Source of the DNA: Vicugna vicugna
Lineage: Eukaryota
Length of the DNA stretch: 64,000 nt
Assembly (NCBI GenBank): GCA_013265495.1
Contig: MU058423.1
Span: forward strand, 9,409,627-9,473,626
Reading direction: 5' to 3'
The notes beneath the pieces are model-generated. The model saw only the letters and a list, made by a program, of their open reading frames with translations. It made no database searches and was not told where the DNA came from. The position numbers and the translations under genes are program-made. Positions within the stretch are counted from its first letter, which is position 1; the number at the start of each line of letters is the position of its first letter. Shown in pieces: positions 49,701 through 63,100 of the stretch.

Positions 49701-51775
49701 GGAAACTGAGGCTTAGATGGACTGGCTGATTTGGGCAGGGTGCCGATTCATTAAATTCTCTGTCCAGCGATCTGTCCACTACACTGACTATGGAAATCTT
49801 GGAAGACTTGGTCTGATTCTTTGTTATGATGGAAATATGCTATAAGCTTATCCAGTTAGATTGGCTACGAGGTAGAGCCATTGCTCTGAAAGCTAGGGTG
49901 CGAACCAGCTATGTTAAAGAGGATTTACATGGCAAAGCAGGAAATGAGCCAGCTGTCAGTGTGTCTGCCCTGCAGTCCATTTTACTATTAAGAGTGAAGG
50001 CTCTGGGGTTTTGCTTACTGACAGATTGGATCCCAGACATTTGTCATTCTAGCCTGAAGATTTTTGGAAATAAGTATTTTGAAAGATGCCAACTGAAATC
50101 TTACTTTTAAAATATTTAATGGGTCTCTCTTTGGAGAGATGGATGCTTTGTCAGGGCCAATCTTTGTTGCCTGCCTTTGATAGGCCTTTAAAAAAAGAAC
50201 CTAAACAAAACAAAACAAAGCTGAACATTTTCATTTGGAGGTTTTACTCTATTTTTTGTAGGGTACGAAAAATTGTTGTTATTTCATCGTTAAGCCCTCT
50301 CCTCTCCCTGTTCTCCTCTCCTCTTCTGTTTGGTGAGATTTTAACCGTAGGTGTTAGATTGTTTAATGTGTGCCCAGAGCGAAGACTGAAAGACTTGCAT
50401 TATGCAGTCATGCAGTGGTGTGGGTGGGGTGAGAATTTAAGAGAACACTACGTTCCAAGAAATAGGGTTGCTACAAGCAGATCTGTAGGCCCTCCCTTAG
50501 AGGTGGAGGCTAATGAGAGTCCTTACTTCCTGTGAAATGTGAAGTTCTACAGTACAGTCCAGATAGCGATGGAGAGGGCTGCACTTTATACCCACATCAG
50601 TTCTCCATCACCCACTTTTAAAAAAAAGCTCAGTAACAAAAATATTCCTCTGTATGTATCTAATTTTAATGTTGTAATGTGAGAAATATTTTCAGAAAAG
50701 AAATGTAAAAACAATTTAAATAAAAATTTCCTTCTAAATGAAACTCCAGAGAGCAGTCCACTCTCTTTCATAGACCTTGGATTTCTTAAAAATGAAACCC
50801 TAAGCCATTTTGGTACCACAATGGTAGCCAGCCCTCTAAAGGCAGCCCCTGAATAGGGGAAGAATAGTAATTCAGTTGGGAAAGAAAGGGCAAGTCAGAT
50901 GACTATCTCTGGTTAATTTTGTCCAAGGTTTCATTAACTTTCTATGGTTAGCCCATTTGACATTTGATTTTAATCAAACTATATTCTTACCCACCTCCTT
51001 TATTTATGGATCTCTTTTGGAAATGGATATGAATGAAATAAAAATCACATCCTTTTAGGGTGTGGGGCAGACCCATTTTCCTTTCTTTGAATTTACCAAA
51101 TCTGTGCATGTGAAGAAGCCAGAAGTGCATTTTATGACGGCCTAATGGAGTAAGTATTATGTTTCCTGGAGCTATTCAGGGTAGTCGGCTCACTTCCAAC
51201 AGTGCAATGTAAATACTTCCAATTTTGTGTTGAGCTTTGTATGACCACTGGGTCTTCTCGCTATTCCCACGAATCTACCAAGAACAAACGCACAGGCTGA
51301 CAAGTGGAATGCAAACAAATGGTATGCCATGGGCACGCGTTGGGGAAAATGTACAGAGGCTCTTCTAGGCCATTACCAACAGGAGCCCCAAATGCCAAGT
51401 TATTTATAAAGAGGAGAAGCAGTGACTTCCTAACATTGGACTCAAAATAGAGACAGGTTTGTCCACAAAAAAGAATGGAGTGATTCAGTTTTGTGTATTT
51501 GTTTATCAGTGATCACTTTTTCCCCTTACGTCTTGACATTCCACCAAAGCAAACGGCATGATCTTCCCCTTGGGAGCCAATCCAGAGCTTAGCTTTATTT
51601 ACAAATTTCATTACACTGAAGAGCAAAATGTTCTAGCTGATTGAATAGATATCACATGACAGCCCACTGATTTCTCTATTCAGGAGAAATATTTGACTCC
51701 TACAGAGAAGTACTAAATGTTAGCTGATTCACAGTTTTGTTTTTGTTTTTGTTTTTTATTTACCGTAGCCCAAAC

Positions 51776-51877
51776 CTCTTTCTTTTTCTCTCTTTCTTCC
51801 TTCCTTCCTTCCTTTCTCTTTTTCCCTTTCTCTTTCTATCTTCCTTTCTTTTTTTCTCACTCTCTTTTTCTTTCTCA
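51776..51877. repeat. Polypyrimidine (CT-rich) low-complexity tract
   Basis: About 100 nt almost entirely C/T, including (TTCC)n. Confidence 0.9.
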
Positions 51878-54220
51878 CTATGGTGTTTCTGTACTTCAGG
51901 GATCTACAGGGATGAGAAAGGCTTGGACTTTTAGCAGTGCAGTGCCCTCACAGACTGGGGGTTCCAGCATCAAAGATAACTGCAGCCACTGCTATATCCT
52001 TGATTGTCTCCCTGGCTTTCTAGGATGGGTGTCGCCTGGGGAAGATATTTCAACACACATAGCTATTCCAATATCACAATATAAATTCAGCATTCTACAC
52101 AAAAACATCTTTGGTAAGAGACTAGATTTTTCTAAAGTCACTTTGATAAGGTACTAGAACAATAGTTGAGTCCTTGCTCCCCGCAGCAACATCACTGCAG
52201 CTTTTATTCCTATCTCTGTCAATAGCCCTTGGTTCCTTCCATCCACCAAACCAACAAGTGCCAACACATTTGAAGCTTGTAACCAACACTGTGACTCAAG
52301 CAGCATGCATAGTTAATCCCACATCACGATCAGTGCTGCTTACTCGCTTTCATCCAAATGTGCTCAGAGTTCTTGATTATTACCTGTGTCCTCACTACCT
52401 AAATGCAGCCCACTTGTCCCTCCCCTTTTTCCTCCCTCCCTTTAACCACAGACTTGTTATCCTTAGGTAAAACATAACCAAATGAGTCCAGGTATATTTC
52501 CTAGTTCTACCACCCTTCAAAGTGTTTCGGTCAACCTGAGTGGTATATTTAGGAGTGAAAACTCTTCCCATAGTCTAAATGGACTGTGAGCTTAAGCCTT
52601 CGTGCTTTAGTAAGTGGTCATCTCAGGTATGAAAAGAAGGACCCTTCCCCTAAGGAACTAGCTTGAAATTCGTAGCCCTTTGTGGGAACTACGTTCTCCA
52701 TATCACCTATGTGTCAGCCGGTGTTGTGCTGGGGCCTCTGTGGTTCGCTGGAAAGGATGAATCACTTGGAATGACAAACAAAATCTTGGTTCAAACATGT
52801 TGCCAGGAATCAGATGATTACTGAAAGTCTTTTGAGATTTAAAACTCTGTTCACAGTGTGAACCTTTTCAATGCCGCACACCTGAGAGAGATGATCATTG
52901 TGGCACAGTTGAGTTCATGCACGCAGCCAGTATTTGCTGTACGTTTACTACGACTTAGGTACTGTGCACGAGGCTGTGCAGGGTGGACACGGGCTCTGCT
53001 CTCCTGAGCCTTAGTTTTCAGTGGTGAGAACAGACATGAGAAAAGGAAACACCACTGACAGTTAGACAGTGTTGAGTGCTGTAGAGAAGACAAAGCAGGG
53101 CTCTCAGCAGAGTGACTGGCTGGGGCAGTGAGGGGGGGATGGTGTTTAGCCTGCTCAGACTGAGCAGTCAAGGAAGGCCTCTCTTAGGAGATAATGTTTA
53201 AATTATCCCAAGTTGAAAACTCAGGGATCTTTTTGACTTGGAATCTTCTTTTCATGGTTCTAGATTTGTGAAATTTAGCTAAATACTTATTTGAGTTTTA
53301 CTCTCTCTTTCTGAATCAGTCAAACCTCTTTGCTGTTGTCATAGAAGCATTTAATAAGCTTTCAAGTTGAGCACATAGAGAGTGTGTTTCCTTTTAAGAA
53401 TTAAGGTAAATATCTCACAACTAGGGAAAAACTGCCTCCAGGTAACAGGTGATACCTGTTAAAAAAAAACCAGCCTCATGACTTTAATAGCCAGACTGTA
53501 GCTATGAGCATAATTTCTTTGAGAGATAATAGATTTTCTTTTTTACACAATGAAAAGCCACTTTGCTTTTAGTAATTCTACATGTTTAAACCCATCTCAA
53601 CATTGTTGGCATGAGAGGTGTGTCTTCTTTGATGCCTTCCCAATCAAAGAAGTTACCAAAGACATTATCTCAGTCATTTCAGAATTTAGTTATGTGATAA
53701 GAGAAGTAATTTAGATAATTCCCAAATTATGGTAGCACCACCAGCCTCCTCAGAAAATATAACCTACCCAAAAGTCCTTATTGTTAAGTCAACTTGTTTG
53801 ACCTTCATTCTTTATGCATTTTAACCAGGTACATGGGTAATTGGATTCTGCGGTGAATGTGTTTCAAGAAGGGTAGTTCCCAGGAGATACTGAGATATTG
53901 ATATACTGGTCAATGATGACCTCAGTGGAGGGTATCAGTCGATGGAGGGTACCAGTCAATTGCTGTCCTCAGGGCCCCTCCTGTGATGCTTCAGGAGACA
54001 TCCATTAGGGAGAGGAGCTATGAGCTTATTTCCACTAGAGACTTGCCCTGGAGGTCACCCAATCCTGATCTTTCTCCCTTAAGGAATTAAATAAAAATAC
54101 AAAACAGAAAAAAATGTAGAGACCTTTAAAAATGCTGACTGAAAGATAGTGTTTGAATGAGGCACTGAGGTGGTTAACTGTTTGGTTCATTTATGACACA
54201 TTCATTCACAGATATTTATA

Positions 54221-54670
54221 GAGAGGGGGCGTGAGAAGGCAGAGAGCGACTTCAGACCGTGAGTCAGGTCTGCCACTTGTGAAAGGAGAGGGCAAGGAGA
54301 GGACTGTGTAGGAAGAGCTTCAGACCTCAGTGCAATTCTGAAAAAGCCTCAGATAGGCTGATGGGGAGTTCCTGGGTCAAGGCTGTTCATTAGAGGAGCC
54401 CCACATTGCAACAGCCTGGCTCCAGGGCTCCTGTGCAATTAGTCATTCTGGAAACAGTCAGAGGGAGCACTGCCTCAGGGCGCACAAGGAGATGGAGCTG
54501 AAAGAGCGCCCTCTGAGGCAGCTTTTCTTTTTCCTTTTACATAGAGGCACTGGGGATTGAACCCAGGACCTCGTGCATGCTAAGCCTGCACTCTACCACC
54601 GAGCTATTACGCTCCCTTGAGATAGGTTTTCTTGAAGTGAGATCTGGATGGTGTACCAGTGGCCACCACA
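54221..54670 (-). mobile_element. LTR16-family (ERVL) LTR, partial
   Basis: Minus strand starts TGTGGTGGCCA...CCAGATCTCACTTCAAGA and contains GGAACTCCCCATCAGCC...GTCTGAAGCTCTTCCTAC...CAGACCTG. Confidence 0.8.
54524..54616 (-). mobile_element. Vic-1-like SINE, short form, inserted in LTR16
   Basis: tRNA head TAGCTCGGTGGTAGAG...GGGTTCAATCCCC; degenerate TSD TGAGGCAGCTTTTCTT / TGAGATAGGTTTTCTT (13/16). Confidence 0.85.
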
Positions 54671-55600
54671 GATGACACCCAGAATTTTGTCTTGAGTGAC
54701 TCTTAGTGCAGGAGCATGAATGAGAGGGAAATGGGTATGTTTTTGTTTGTATATAAATTAAGAGTGTGGTTTTGTAAGTTTTTTTCTTCTTTTAAGTGGA
54801 GGTACTGGGGATTGAACCCAGCACCTGCATGCTACCACTGAGCTATGTCCACCCCCCAAGAATGTGGTTTGAGATTTGATAAATTTGAAACACCTACGAC
54901 ATCCACATAGAGGTAGATACACTAGGATATACTAGACAGGAGCCCAGAGAAGAGATTTGGGCTGGAAAATCAGTTTTGAAGTCACCATCTTTTATAGACG
55001 GTGTTTAAAGCCATGGGAATAGATGAGATCATTGTGGGTAGAGACTGCAGAGAAAGAAGAAGATGTCCAAGACTGAGATCCATGGAAACCCAATACAGAG
55101 ATGTCGGGGACTGGAGGAGAAACAAGCAGAGGAGACTGAGTAGGAACAGCCAGAGGAAAGGCAGGGAAGTGTGCAAGATGCGTGTTAAAAAGGGAGGCCT
55201 TGAGACAACTGCATCAAATGCTGCTTTTTGGATCAAATTATAAGAACAGAATTGGCTATCGGGACGTCTCTGGTGACTTTTTTTTAGTGTTATAATAAGT
55301 TCAGAAAACGGTTTGGAAGAGGCTAAAGAGAGAATGGAAAATGAGTAAATATGTATTTAAAACTCAAGAAATTTGGTGATTTATGGAAGCAGGGAAGTAG
55401 GGCAGTGGCTGGAAGTGGGCGTGGAGAGAAGAAAGTTCTTGTTTGTCGTGATGTAGATATTGGAAGGTGTCTGTAAGCCGATGGGAATGGTCCTATGGAG
55501 GGTGAGCAGTTAATTTTGTAAGAGAAAGAGAGGATAGCTGAAGAAGAAGGCGGTTGGAAAGATGAGTCTGGGATCCCAAGTGCAGACAGAAGGACTGCCT
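54671..55600 (-). mobile_element. L2 LINE fragment hosting a Vic-1-like SINE
   Basis: GTTTAAAGCCATGGGAATAGATGAGATCA, CAACTGCATCAAATGCTGCT. Confidence 0.7.
54773..54857 (-). mobile_element. Vic-1-like SINE, short form, internally deleted
   Basis: A and B boxes present but the middle is shortened; TSD AAGAGTGTGGTTT 54760-54772 / AAGAATGTGGTTT 54858-54870. Confidence 0.85.
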
Positions 55601-56410
55601 TTGCCGGGGCGGGGGTGGGGGGACAGTCACAGGCGCTGGAGCCACGTTCCGGTTACTGGTCTTCCCTCGGGGTCTGCAGTGCATCTTCCGTCAAATTCCC
55701 ACTTGTCCGGAGCGGGCTGGAAGGTGGTGTTCATTCTGTGTGGCCATGTGCTCAGCTACAGATTCTATTACCAGGGAAGAAAGAAAGGTGGATATTAGAG
55801 GACAACTAGGAACAATCTTTATTAGATTTATTCCTAGGCACCATATATTTTAGTGGCTATTGTAAGTGATGTCTCTCTTCTTTAAAAGTTACATTCCACA
55901 GTTCTCCTTTAAAGCCCAGATCTTATCATATCACTCCCCTGCCTCCTTTATCTACACAGTGAAGTCCAGACCTCTTAGCCTTGCAGTCAAAGCCCTTTGC
56001 AACCTGTCCTCTCCTACCTGCTCTCCACATTTACCATTTTACTTACTATTCCTTACATATGAAATCCACCATGAAGTTACTCAGTCCCTCTCCTCCCCAG
56101 CTTTAGAATGTCTTTGCACCCTTCCGAGGCCTGCTGAAAAGACACCTCCTCTCTGAAGACTTCCTGGACTGATAGAACTAATTATTCACTCATGTGTGCC
56201 TCCACAGCCTGTCATACCTCAATAAATTGTAATTTCAAGTGTATTCAGAAATCTGTCTGCCTGCTAGAACATGAGATTTGCAAGCTCAGAAAGTGTTTTA
56301 ATCATCTGGCAGTAAATTCCTCTTTAATTCTTAATGCCAAACTCGTAAGATGTATTTTTGGAGAATTTTTCTTACAGGCTCATGAAAGCCATATGATGAC
56401 ATTGGGCCTG

Positions 56411-56586
56411 TTTTTGTTTGTTTGTTTGTTTTTTAATTTGTATTTTTTTTAAAACTGATTTAATTTTTTGAGGCGGGGAGGTAGTTAGGTCTACTAATTT
56501 ATTTTTAGAGGAGATACTGGGGACTGAACCCAGGACCTCGTGCCTGCTAATCGTGTGCTCTACCGCTTGAGCCAGACTCTCCTCCC
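56411..56586 (-). mobile_element. Vic-1-like SINE, long form
   Basis: TGGCTCAAGCGGTAGAG...GGGTTCAGTCCCCAGTATCTCC, then an ACCTAACTACCTCCCC segment and A-rich tail; (TTTG)n on both flanks. Confidence 0.85.
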
Positions 56587-57367
56587 TGTCTGTTTGTTTG
56601 TTTGTTTTATACAAAAGGTGATGATACAACGATTCTTTTGCATTGGGCCTGAGTATTTGAGTGCAAATGAGGCTGCTCCTGCAACATTATCTTTCTTCTT
56701 GACAGCAAGGACAGAGTTCACCCAAAGACAAGACTATATGCCGAAGAAGAGGTACTGGTAGGCGGAAAACATACTTCTCTTGAACACACGTCTCTCTTTT
56801 CCAGTTTGCCTGGCCCGGACGTGTGCAAATGGAACCCACGCCTTCACATCTGCAGGAATCTCTAGCCACCTCTCTTCACACTCCTTAGGTTTTATAATTA
56901 TTAGGATTAAGCAGTCACCGTGTGCCAGCTACTTCAGTAAGTGCTATGCCTTCCCTATCTCACTGACTTCTTACGACACTACTACAAGAAAGGTTCTTTT
57001 ATTATTTCCATTGGAAATTGAGACCAAGAACAACGAGGAGGCTTGCCCCAAGTCACATGCACACAACCTGCAGCACAGAGAGGAGTTCAGTCCTCTTCTG
57101 CTTGAGTTTAGAGACTGATCTCTAAACACTGTGCTCTGCAAACCATCCCAGATTAGTCTGGTCGGTGCGTGTCTCAGCTGGGAAGTCCCAGGATGCTGGC
57201 AGAGCTGATTTAAGAGACCCTCGTGGCGTCTGACAGGGCTCGAGGTCAAATCCAAAGAAGGATGGCGCTTCTTTGAATGTTTTCCAAATTCTTCTTCTCT
57301 GCAGTCTACTTTAATGCCATCCCCCAGATGTCTAAAAACCCACCCAAACTCACAGAAACTTTCTGCT

Positions 57368-57850
57368 TTTCAGAAACAGCTTTATGGAGATATAATTCAC
57401 AAACCAAGTAATCTACCTATTCAAGCAGATTTTTAGTATATTCTGAGTTGTGCATCCATTGCCACAATCAATTTTAGGATGTTTTTGTTACTTCGAAAAG
57501 AAGCCCATACCCCCTAGCCATCACCCCAATCTCCCCGTGCCGGTAAGCCCTAGGCAACCACTAATATACTTTCCACCTCTGCAGAGTTGCCTATTCTGGA
57601 CATTTCCTATAAAAAGGAAGCGTGTAATATATGACCTTTTGCTTCTGACTTCTTTTATTTAGCATAGTGTCTTCGAAGTTCATCCATGTTGTAGCATGTA
57701 TTGGGACTTCATCGCTTTTTATGGCCAAATGCTATTCCACTGTTTGGATATATCACATTTTATTTATCTCTTCATCAGTTGGTGGCTATTTTGGCTGTTT
57801 CCACTTTTTGGCTATTAAAAATAATGTTGATGTGAACATCGTTCAAAGTT
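57368..57850 (-). mobile_element. Old L1 (L1MB-like) 3' UTR fragment
   Basis: AACAGCTTTATGGAGATATAATTCACA...CCCTAGGCAACCACTAAT...TTCATCCATGTTGTAGCATG. Confidence 0.85.
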
Positions 57851-58289
57851 TCTCATCCCATCTCTTTATTTTTCTGCTCAGAACTTCTGCTTCTTCATGT
57901 CCAAGTCCAGAGGTAGCAGAGCATTAGCACAGTCTAGTTACCACAGTTCATACTGAGGGGCAGGTGACGGAGGTACCAAGTGCATTTAAAGAAGAGCGTT
58001 GTGACTCAGGTGAACTTCGAATGGGTGACATAGTTGCAGATGGTTCTTTCTGAGAAGTGAGGTCTTCCCAGGGCCCTTTTCTGACACTGGCTCCACCTGT
58101 CGCTGTTTTCTCCACACCCACAAAATTCCCAAAGAAGCAGGTTAGCTGTCATTTCCTTCAACAGTTTTGGGTTTATTTCTTTCTCGTTTTCTTCTGGTCA
58201 CATTCGATTTTTCTTCTTTATAGTAATTTTTTTTCTGGGTCAATAAAAAGATTATTATTCTGAATTTTGTCCTTACCCATAATTGCAAT

Positions 58290-60110
58290 ATCTTCATAAT
58301 CTCTTCCCGCTCAATGATCATTACTTCTTACCTCCTGGCTCCCTCCTTCCAGAACCATTATTTCAATAATTTGATTCCACTTAGATCTCCAATCCATTGA
58401 CCTCACTACCTTTTCACTGTCACCCTCCTGATGGCCTCTGTTCACTCTTGACCAAGCTTAAATTCCATGCACACACTGTATAGTCACTCCTGTGCATGGA
58501 GCCTCAATTCCCTTGCCTGTTTTGGCTTCAGTGTTCTTCCTCGCAAAAGCCTCATAAATCTGTCTGTCTGTCTCCCACACACCAGTAAGTCAGACCACGG
58601 CAAGCGAAAATAAAAACCTTGCCTCACTGTGTAATTTGCACAGGTTTGTCCCACTGTAAACTGATGACCACCTACTTCAGGTGGGCCTCTGATGCTTTAT
58701 ACTTGATTCTTAATGCTACCTAGAAATTATTATCCTAGACTATTGACTTTCCCACTTTTCTAGTTAATATTTTTCACCTCTCTCCTCAAACCTCAAATAC
58801 CTCCTCCGTCATCCTCAATCACAGCTGAAAGAAAATTCTCCAGCCTCCAACCCTGATTTGTACTCAGCATCTGCCTCCATTAGCTCTGCCATCTGCAGTA
58901 GTTTCTACTGCTTCTCCTTGGAGAGAAAGCTCATCTTTCCATTTGTGTGCTGGATCCCATCCTTTTTCACCTACTAAAGAGCATTGCCCCAGCAAGTCTC
59001 CCTCTTTCTCCTGCTTTCTCAATTTTTCATTTTCTTGAAACATTAGTATCAATATACAAATATACTGTTTATTGTATTTTCTATCTTAAAACAAATAATG
59101 AAAACCAAAGCTTTCCACTGACTCCACTATCCTTGCCAGGTACCATCCCATGTCTCTGTTTTCCTTTGCAGCTAAAATTTTTGAAACAGTTGCCTCTATC
59201 TGCTACCATCTTGAAATCTCCACTGAAAGAGCTAATCAACATCACAAAAATATATCCAGAATGCAATGTCTGATCTTCACCCCTGCAGTGCTTCGTCTCC
59301 CTTTGTCCCCATCTCAGTTGGTGGCAACACCACCCTTTTACTGGCTCAGCACCAGGTTCCCAGAGGCACCCCGATCATCTCGTTCTCTCTCACCTCACAT
59401 CCAACCAGTCAGAAAACCTCACCGCTCTAATTTTGGACTGTCTGCTTTATGTGGCCAGTTCTTATCACCTCTACCATTAGCAACCCGTAGAGCCCACTGT
59501 TGTCCCTCACCCCCTAGCTGGTCTCCCAGCTCCCATCCTTGCTCTTTACCATTTGTTTCAATGAGGATTGATCCTTGTAAAGCCTGAGTCAGATCATGCC
59601 ACTCCTCTGCACGTGACCCCAGTGTAAAAGCCAAAATACGAGCAACGGCCCACACAGTCCTGCAGGAACTGGGCCCCTGTGCATCTCTGACCTTGTTTCC
59701 TACCACTCTTCCCCTCCTCCTTATACAAGCTGATAATGCTCTACCTTGGGACCTTTGCATAGGCCTCTGCCTGGAATTGTCCTCCCTGGAGACCCACATG
59801 ACCAGCTCTTTCACTTGCTGAAAGCCCCTCAAACATCCTCTTCTCAGTGAGGTACACCTAGGCCACCCTACTTAAACCTGTATAGCATCTGCACCCGGAT
59901 TGTCTCACCCTCTTCCATTTTTGCAGCGTTTGCCATCCTCTAATATACCATATAATATCTCTATTTTTTAATGTTTATTTTTTATTCTCTGTCTCTTTCC
60001 ACTAGGATGTAAGCTCCATGAAGTCTAGGATTTTTGTCTGTTTTAGTCACAAGCATTTAGCGCTGGCCCACGGTAGGTGCTCAGTTAATATTTGATCGAT
60101 AAATTAATCT
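58290..60110 (+). mobile_element. L2 LINE, about 1.8 kb 3' fragment
   Basis: C/T-rich body ending in the L2 terminus CACTAGGATGTAAGCTCCATGA...GTAGGTGCTCAGTTAATATTTG. Confidence 0.8.
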
Positions 60111-63100
60111 GAGAAACTGAGAAATGCATTCAGTACAGCCTATTCAACGTATTGATCAAATTGCTCTACTATGTGAAATATCAATTTTCTTTGAAGGTTT
60201 ATGGATTAAATCTGAAGCTTATTTTAAAGAAGTATTTATGTATATATATACACACACACATATATTTGTCTCTCCATTGCCACCCTGGTCATAGGTTGTT
60301 ATTTTAAGGGTTTGCTATAGGAGAATCTTTGTTTTAGACTACATTATATTTAAAAGCAGCATTCTTTTGACAACTAAAACCTGAAATCATGCATTTGTTT
60401 TAAAAAGAGAAGTTTGAAGCAGCAGGATTAGCTCTGCGTCCTGGAGTTTGGCGTTGAGGACTCCCTAGACTTCTCCAGCTGCTGGAGACCTAGCTGAGAT
60501 CTAAGAATAGTGTGGAACGTAAACGTCTATAGAGGCAACTGTGAAAGAAATTTTTAGAAGCAGTGTGAGACTATAGCATTTTCGAAGAGTTTGGGAAATG
60601 GCACCTTTTGTCAAATAGTGCAGATTTTTAGGCATATATTTTACTATACTAAATTTGTAAGGAAGTTTGGGGGAAAGCTTGTAGATCCGTGCCTCCCAGT
60701 TTCATTAATTCTCTCCATTCACGTCTTGTTTAACATTATTATGAAGAAACATAGGGCAAAGGCCTGTATCTGGCAAAAGGCATGTACTTACTGCCACGTT
60801 TCACGGAGTGTATTCAAGGTTCTCCAGAAATGCATGTGGCAGTTTTATTTGACATTTGGATTATGACTGGTTGAATTCATTTTAGACCTGGAATTCTCAT
60901 TTTTGTTTGTAGCCTTCCAGGACTCATGGAAAGTTAGTGGGATCTTGGAAGTGAAGTGACATTAGCTTTGGTCTCCTTGTATCTTTCCTTGCAGCATTCT
61001 GATCTCCCCTTTCAGCATCCTGATCCTTAAGGCCGGTCCGGTCATGGGGAAGCCCACAGAGCTCTGCCCTCCTCGGGCAGTGCTATGTCCTGGCTCTACC
61101 TGGCTCCTTCCCCTTCAGTGGAAGCCTGTTCTTAACTGGATGATTGTTGGGAAAAATGCTTAGTCTACATCTTTTTTTAAATAAAATAAGGAGATTTGTC
61201 TAGATAATATCCACGATCCCTTTCTGCCTTAAATCTTGAACTTATTTTCTCTCTTTTCTGGGCAAAATGAAAACGACTGATTATAAACTTTCCCGAGGAA
61301 ATTGCCGTTTTTACCATGTTTGTGGAATTGCCCTGTTTGTTTTGTTGGTCTCTGTCTCTCTCAGGAATATTATTTGGACCTAAAATAATATCCTGTAACA
61401 GCACATTTCATAGAAGATAGGTCAGTCTCAGGCCAGGTTTCTAGGGGTTTGGATTTCAAGCACCTAACTGGGACTGGCAGGCAGTTTGGTGGAAGATGCT
61501 GGTGCGTTTCCCACTCTTGGTAAAGGCGTTGCTTTACAGCCGCTCTGCATGTGCTTCTCCGCTTTTGGACTCAGCAGGGACCACTGAGTCCTCGATAGAA
61601 TTGCTCATCAAAAGGTGTAATTTTGCTGGCACTATTTTGGTTTGCTAGGCGTGGTCCTGGCAGGCAGTCCACGTGAAGCACACTTTGGACTAGAAAGAAG
61701 TGAGAGTCATTGTCCATCCTGAAACGCACAGGCCTCTGCTGAGATTAATTGTTGGCAAACGTTCCCTAAGATCCTTGACTATAAGGCACTCTGGGGAATG
61801 CGAAAGATTACAGTCATTACCCCGATGAAAAGCCGAGCTCATTTTGCCTGGATCTGACCCTCTGGTTCCAGGGAGTCTAGCCATTCCAAACCCGTCGCTT
61901 AGATGACACACCGTAATGACGACGTGGAGAGGTGATCAGCTGCGCTTCAGATGTTGGCCCCTGAGCATTTCCTTTCCAGCTCACAGATACTCCCCTGGAA
62001 TTTAAAACGTCTCCGGAAACAGGGGGCCCTCCCTCTCTTGTCAGTCGTCCCTACTCTGTAGCTGGCCAGTCGCTGTCCCCAGAGGGTGGGAGGACAGCCA
62101 GCCTCAGACACATGAACCCACAGTGAGCCCCGTGGAGCCGGGGCGGGGGAGGGAGGAACGACAGGTGCTGGGGGGCGGGCGCAGGCGGGACCGTGCGCTC
62201 ACAGCCAGGGGTCAGGGAACGCGGGCGAACTACCTGCACAGCGAACTCATTAAGTTTCATGTTCTTTTCCAGAGCTTTCGTCTTTGTTTCTGTATGAGTG
62301 GCGGACACCCACGGTCACGCTTGATTATAGTACTGCCTTCTTCGTTACCAAGGCAGCTTTATTACTGAAACTTGGTGAAGTATTATAAAGAAGATAGTCA
62401 TCATGTATCATGAAACAGCCCCAGTGAGGGAAAATACATTCTTAATAAAAGAGAAATGAGGATTTAGACCAAGTTTTCTCGCCCCTAAATACTGCTGCCT
62501 TTGTGATGCAGCACGAAGTTGGAAGGCAGAGGGGAGGGAATTTGGAATACAATTTTTAGTTCAACTATGGTTTCAGCACAAGGGTAAATGCAGGGTGTTG
62601 AGGTTAATTAGCACTGAAATGACTTTGGCCGTAGCCACTTGAGTAATAGCTGTTACAGGGCCTGGCACTTCCTGAGGAGGAGGAGAGGAGTTGACAGTTC
62701 CTAAAATCCTCCCCGCCTCCGGGTGGTTAATCCTCAGGAAGCACCTTTGTTGAGTCATTACTGCTACGACTGAGATGGCAGGGCGCGGTGCTGACTTAAA
62801 AGCCAGTGCGTACAGCACCGCGCTGTGCCCTGCGTGCTCGCCCTCCAGGGTTTCTTTGGGGAAACCTGCCCCATCCTAGTCCCGTTCTTGATGGCGGATT
62901 CTTGGCATGATGTGATGCTCTCTTTTAGGAGTTTAGGGTGTCACTGATGTGCACTAACGTGCAGAACTTGAGTGCAGTTTGGAAGACAGGACAAGAAAAG
63001 GGATTTCTGTCTTGAAGTATCAGCACAGAAGATGCATGTGTTATATTCATTGTGCTTTATCCTTTACGAAGTGATCCCATCCCTCACTCTGCAACACTAG

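Noticed and set aside
50086..50535. 149-aa plus-strand ORF
   Set aside because: No recognisable protein similarity; crosses low-complexity A-rich and CT-rich runs
51717..52157. 146-aa Phe/Ser/Leu-rich ORF resembling a membrane protein
   Set aside because: Artefact of the polypyrimidine tract
59150..59832. ORFs of 137-145 aa (also 29160-29576 and 43583-44011)
   Set aside because: They lie within decayed L2 copies and show no intact reverse-transcriptase motifs
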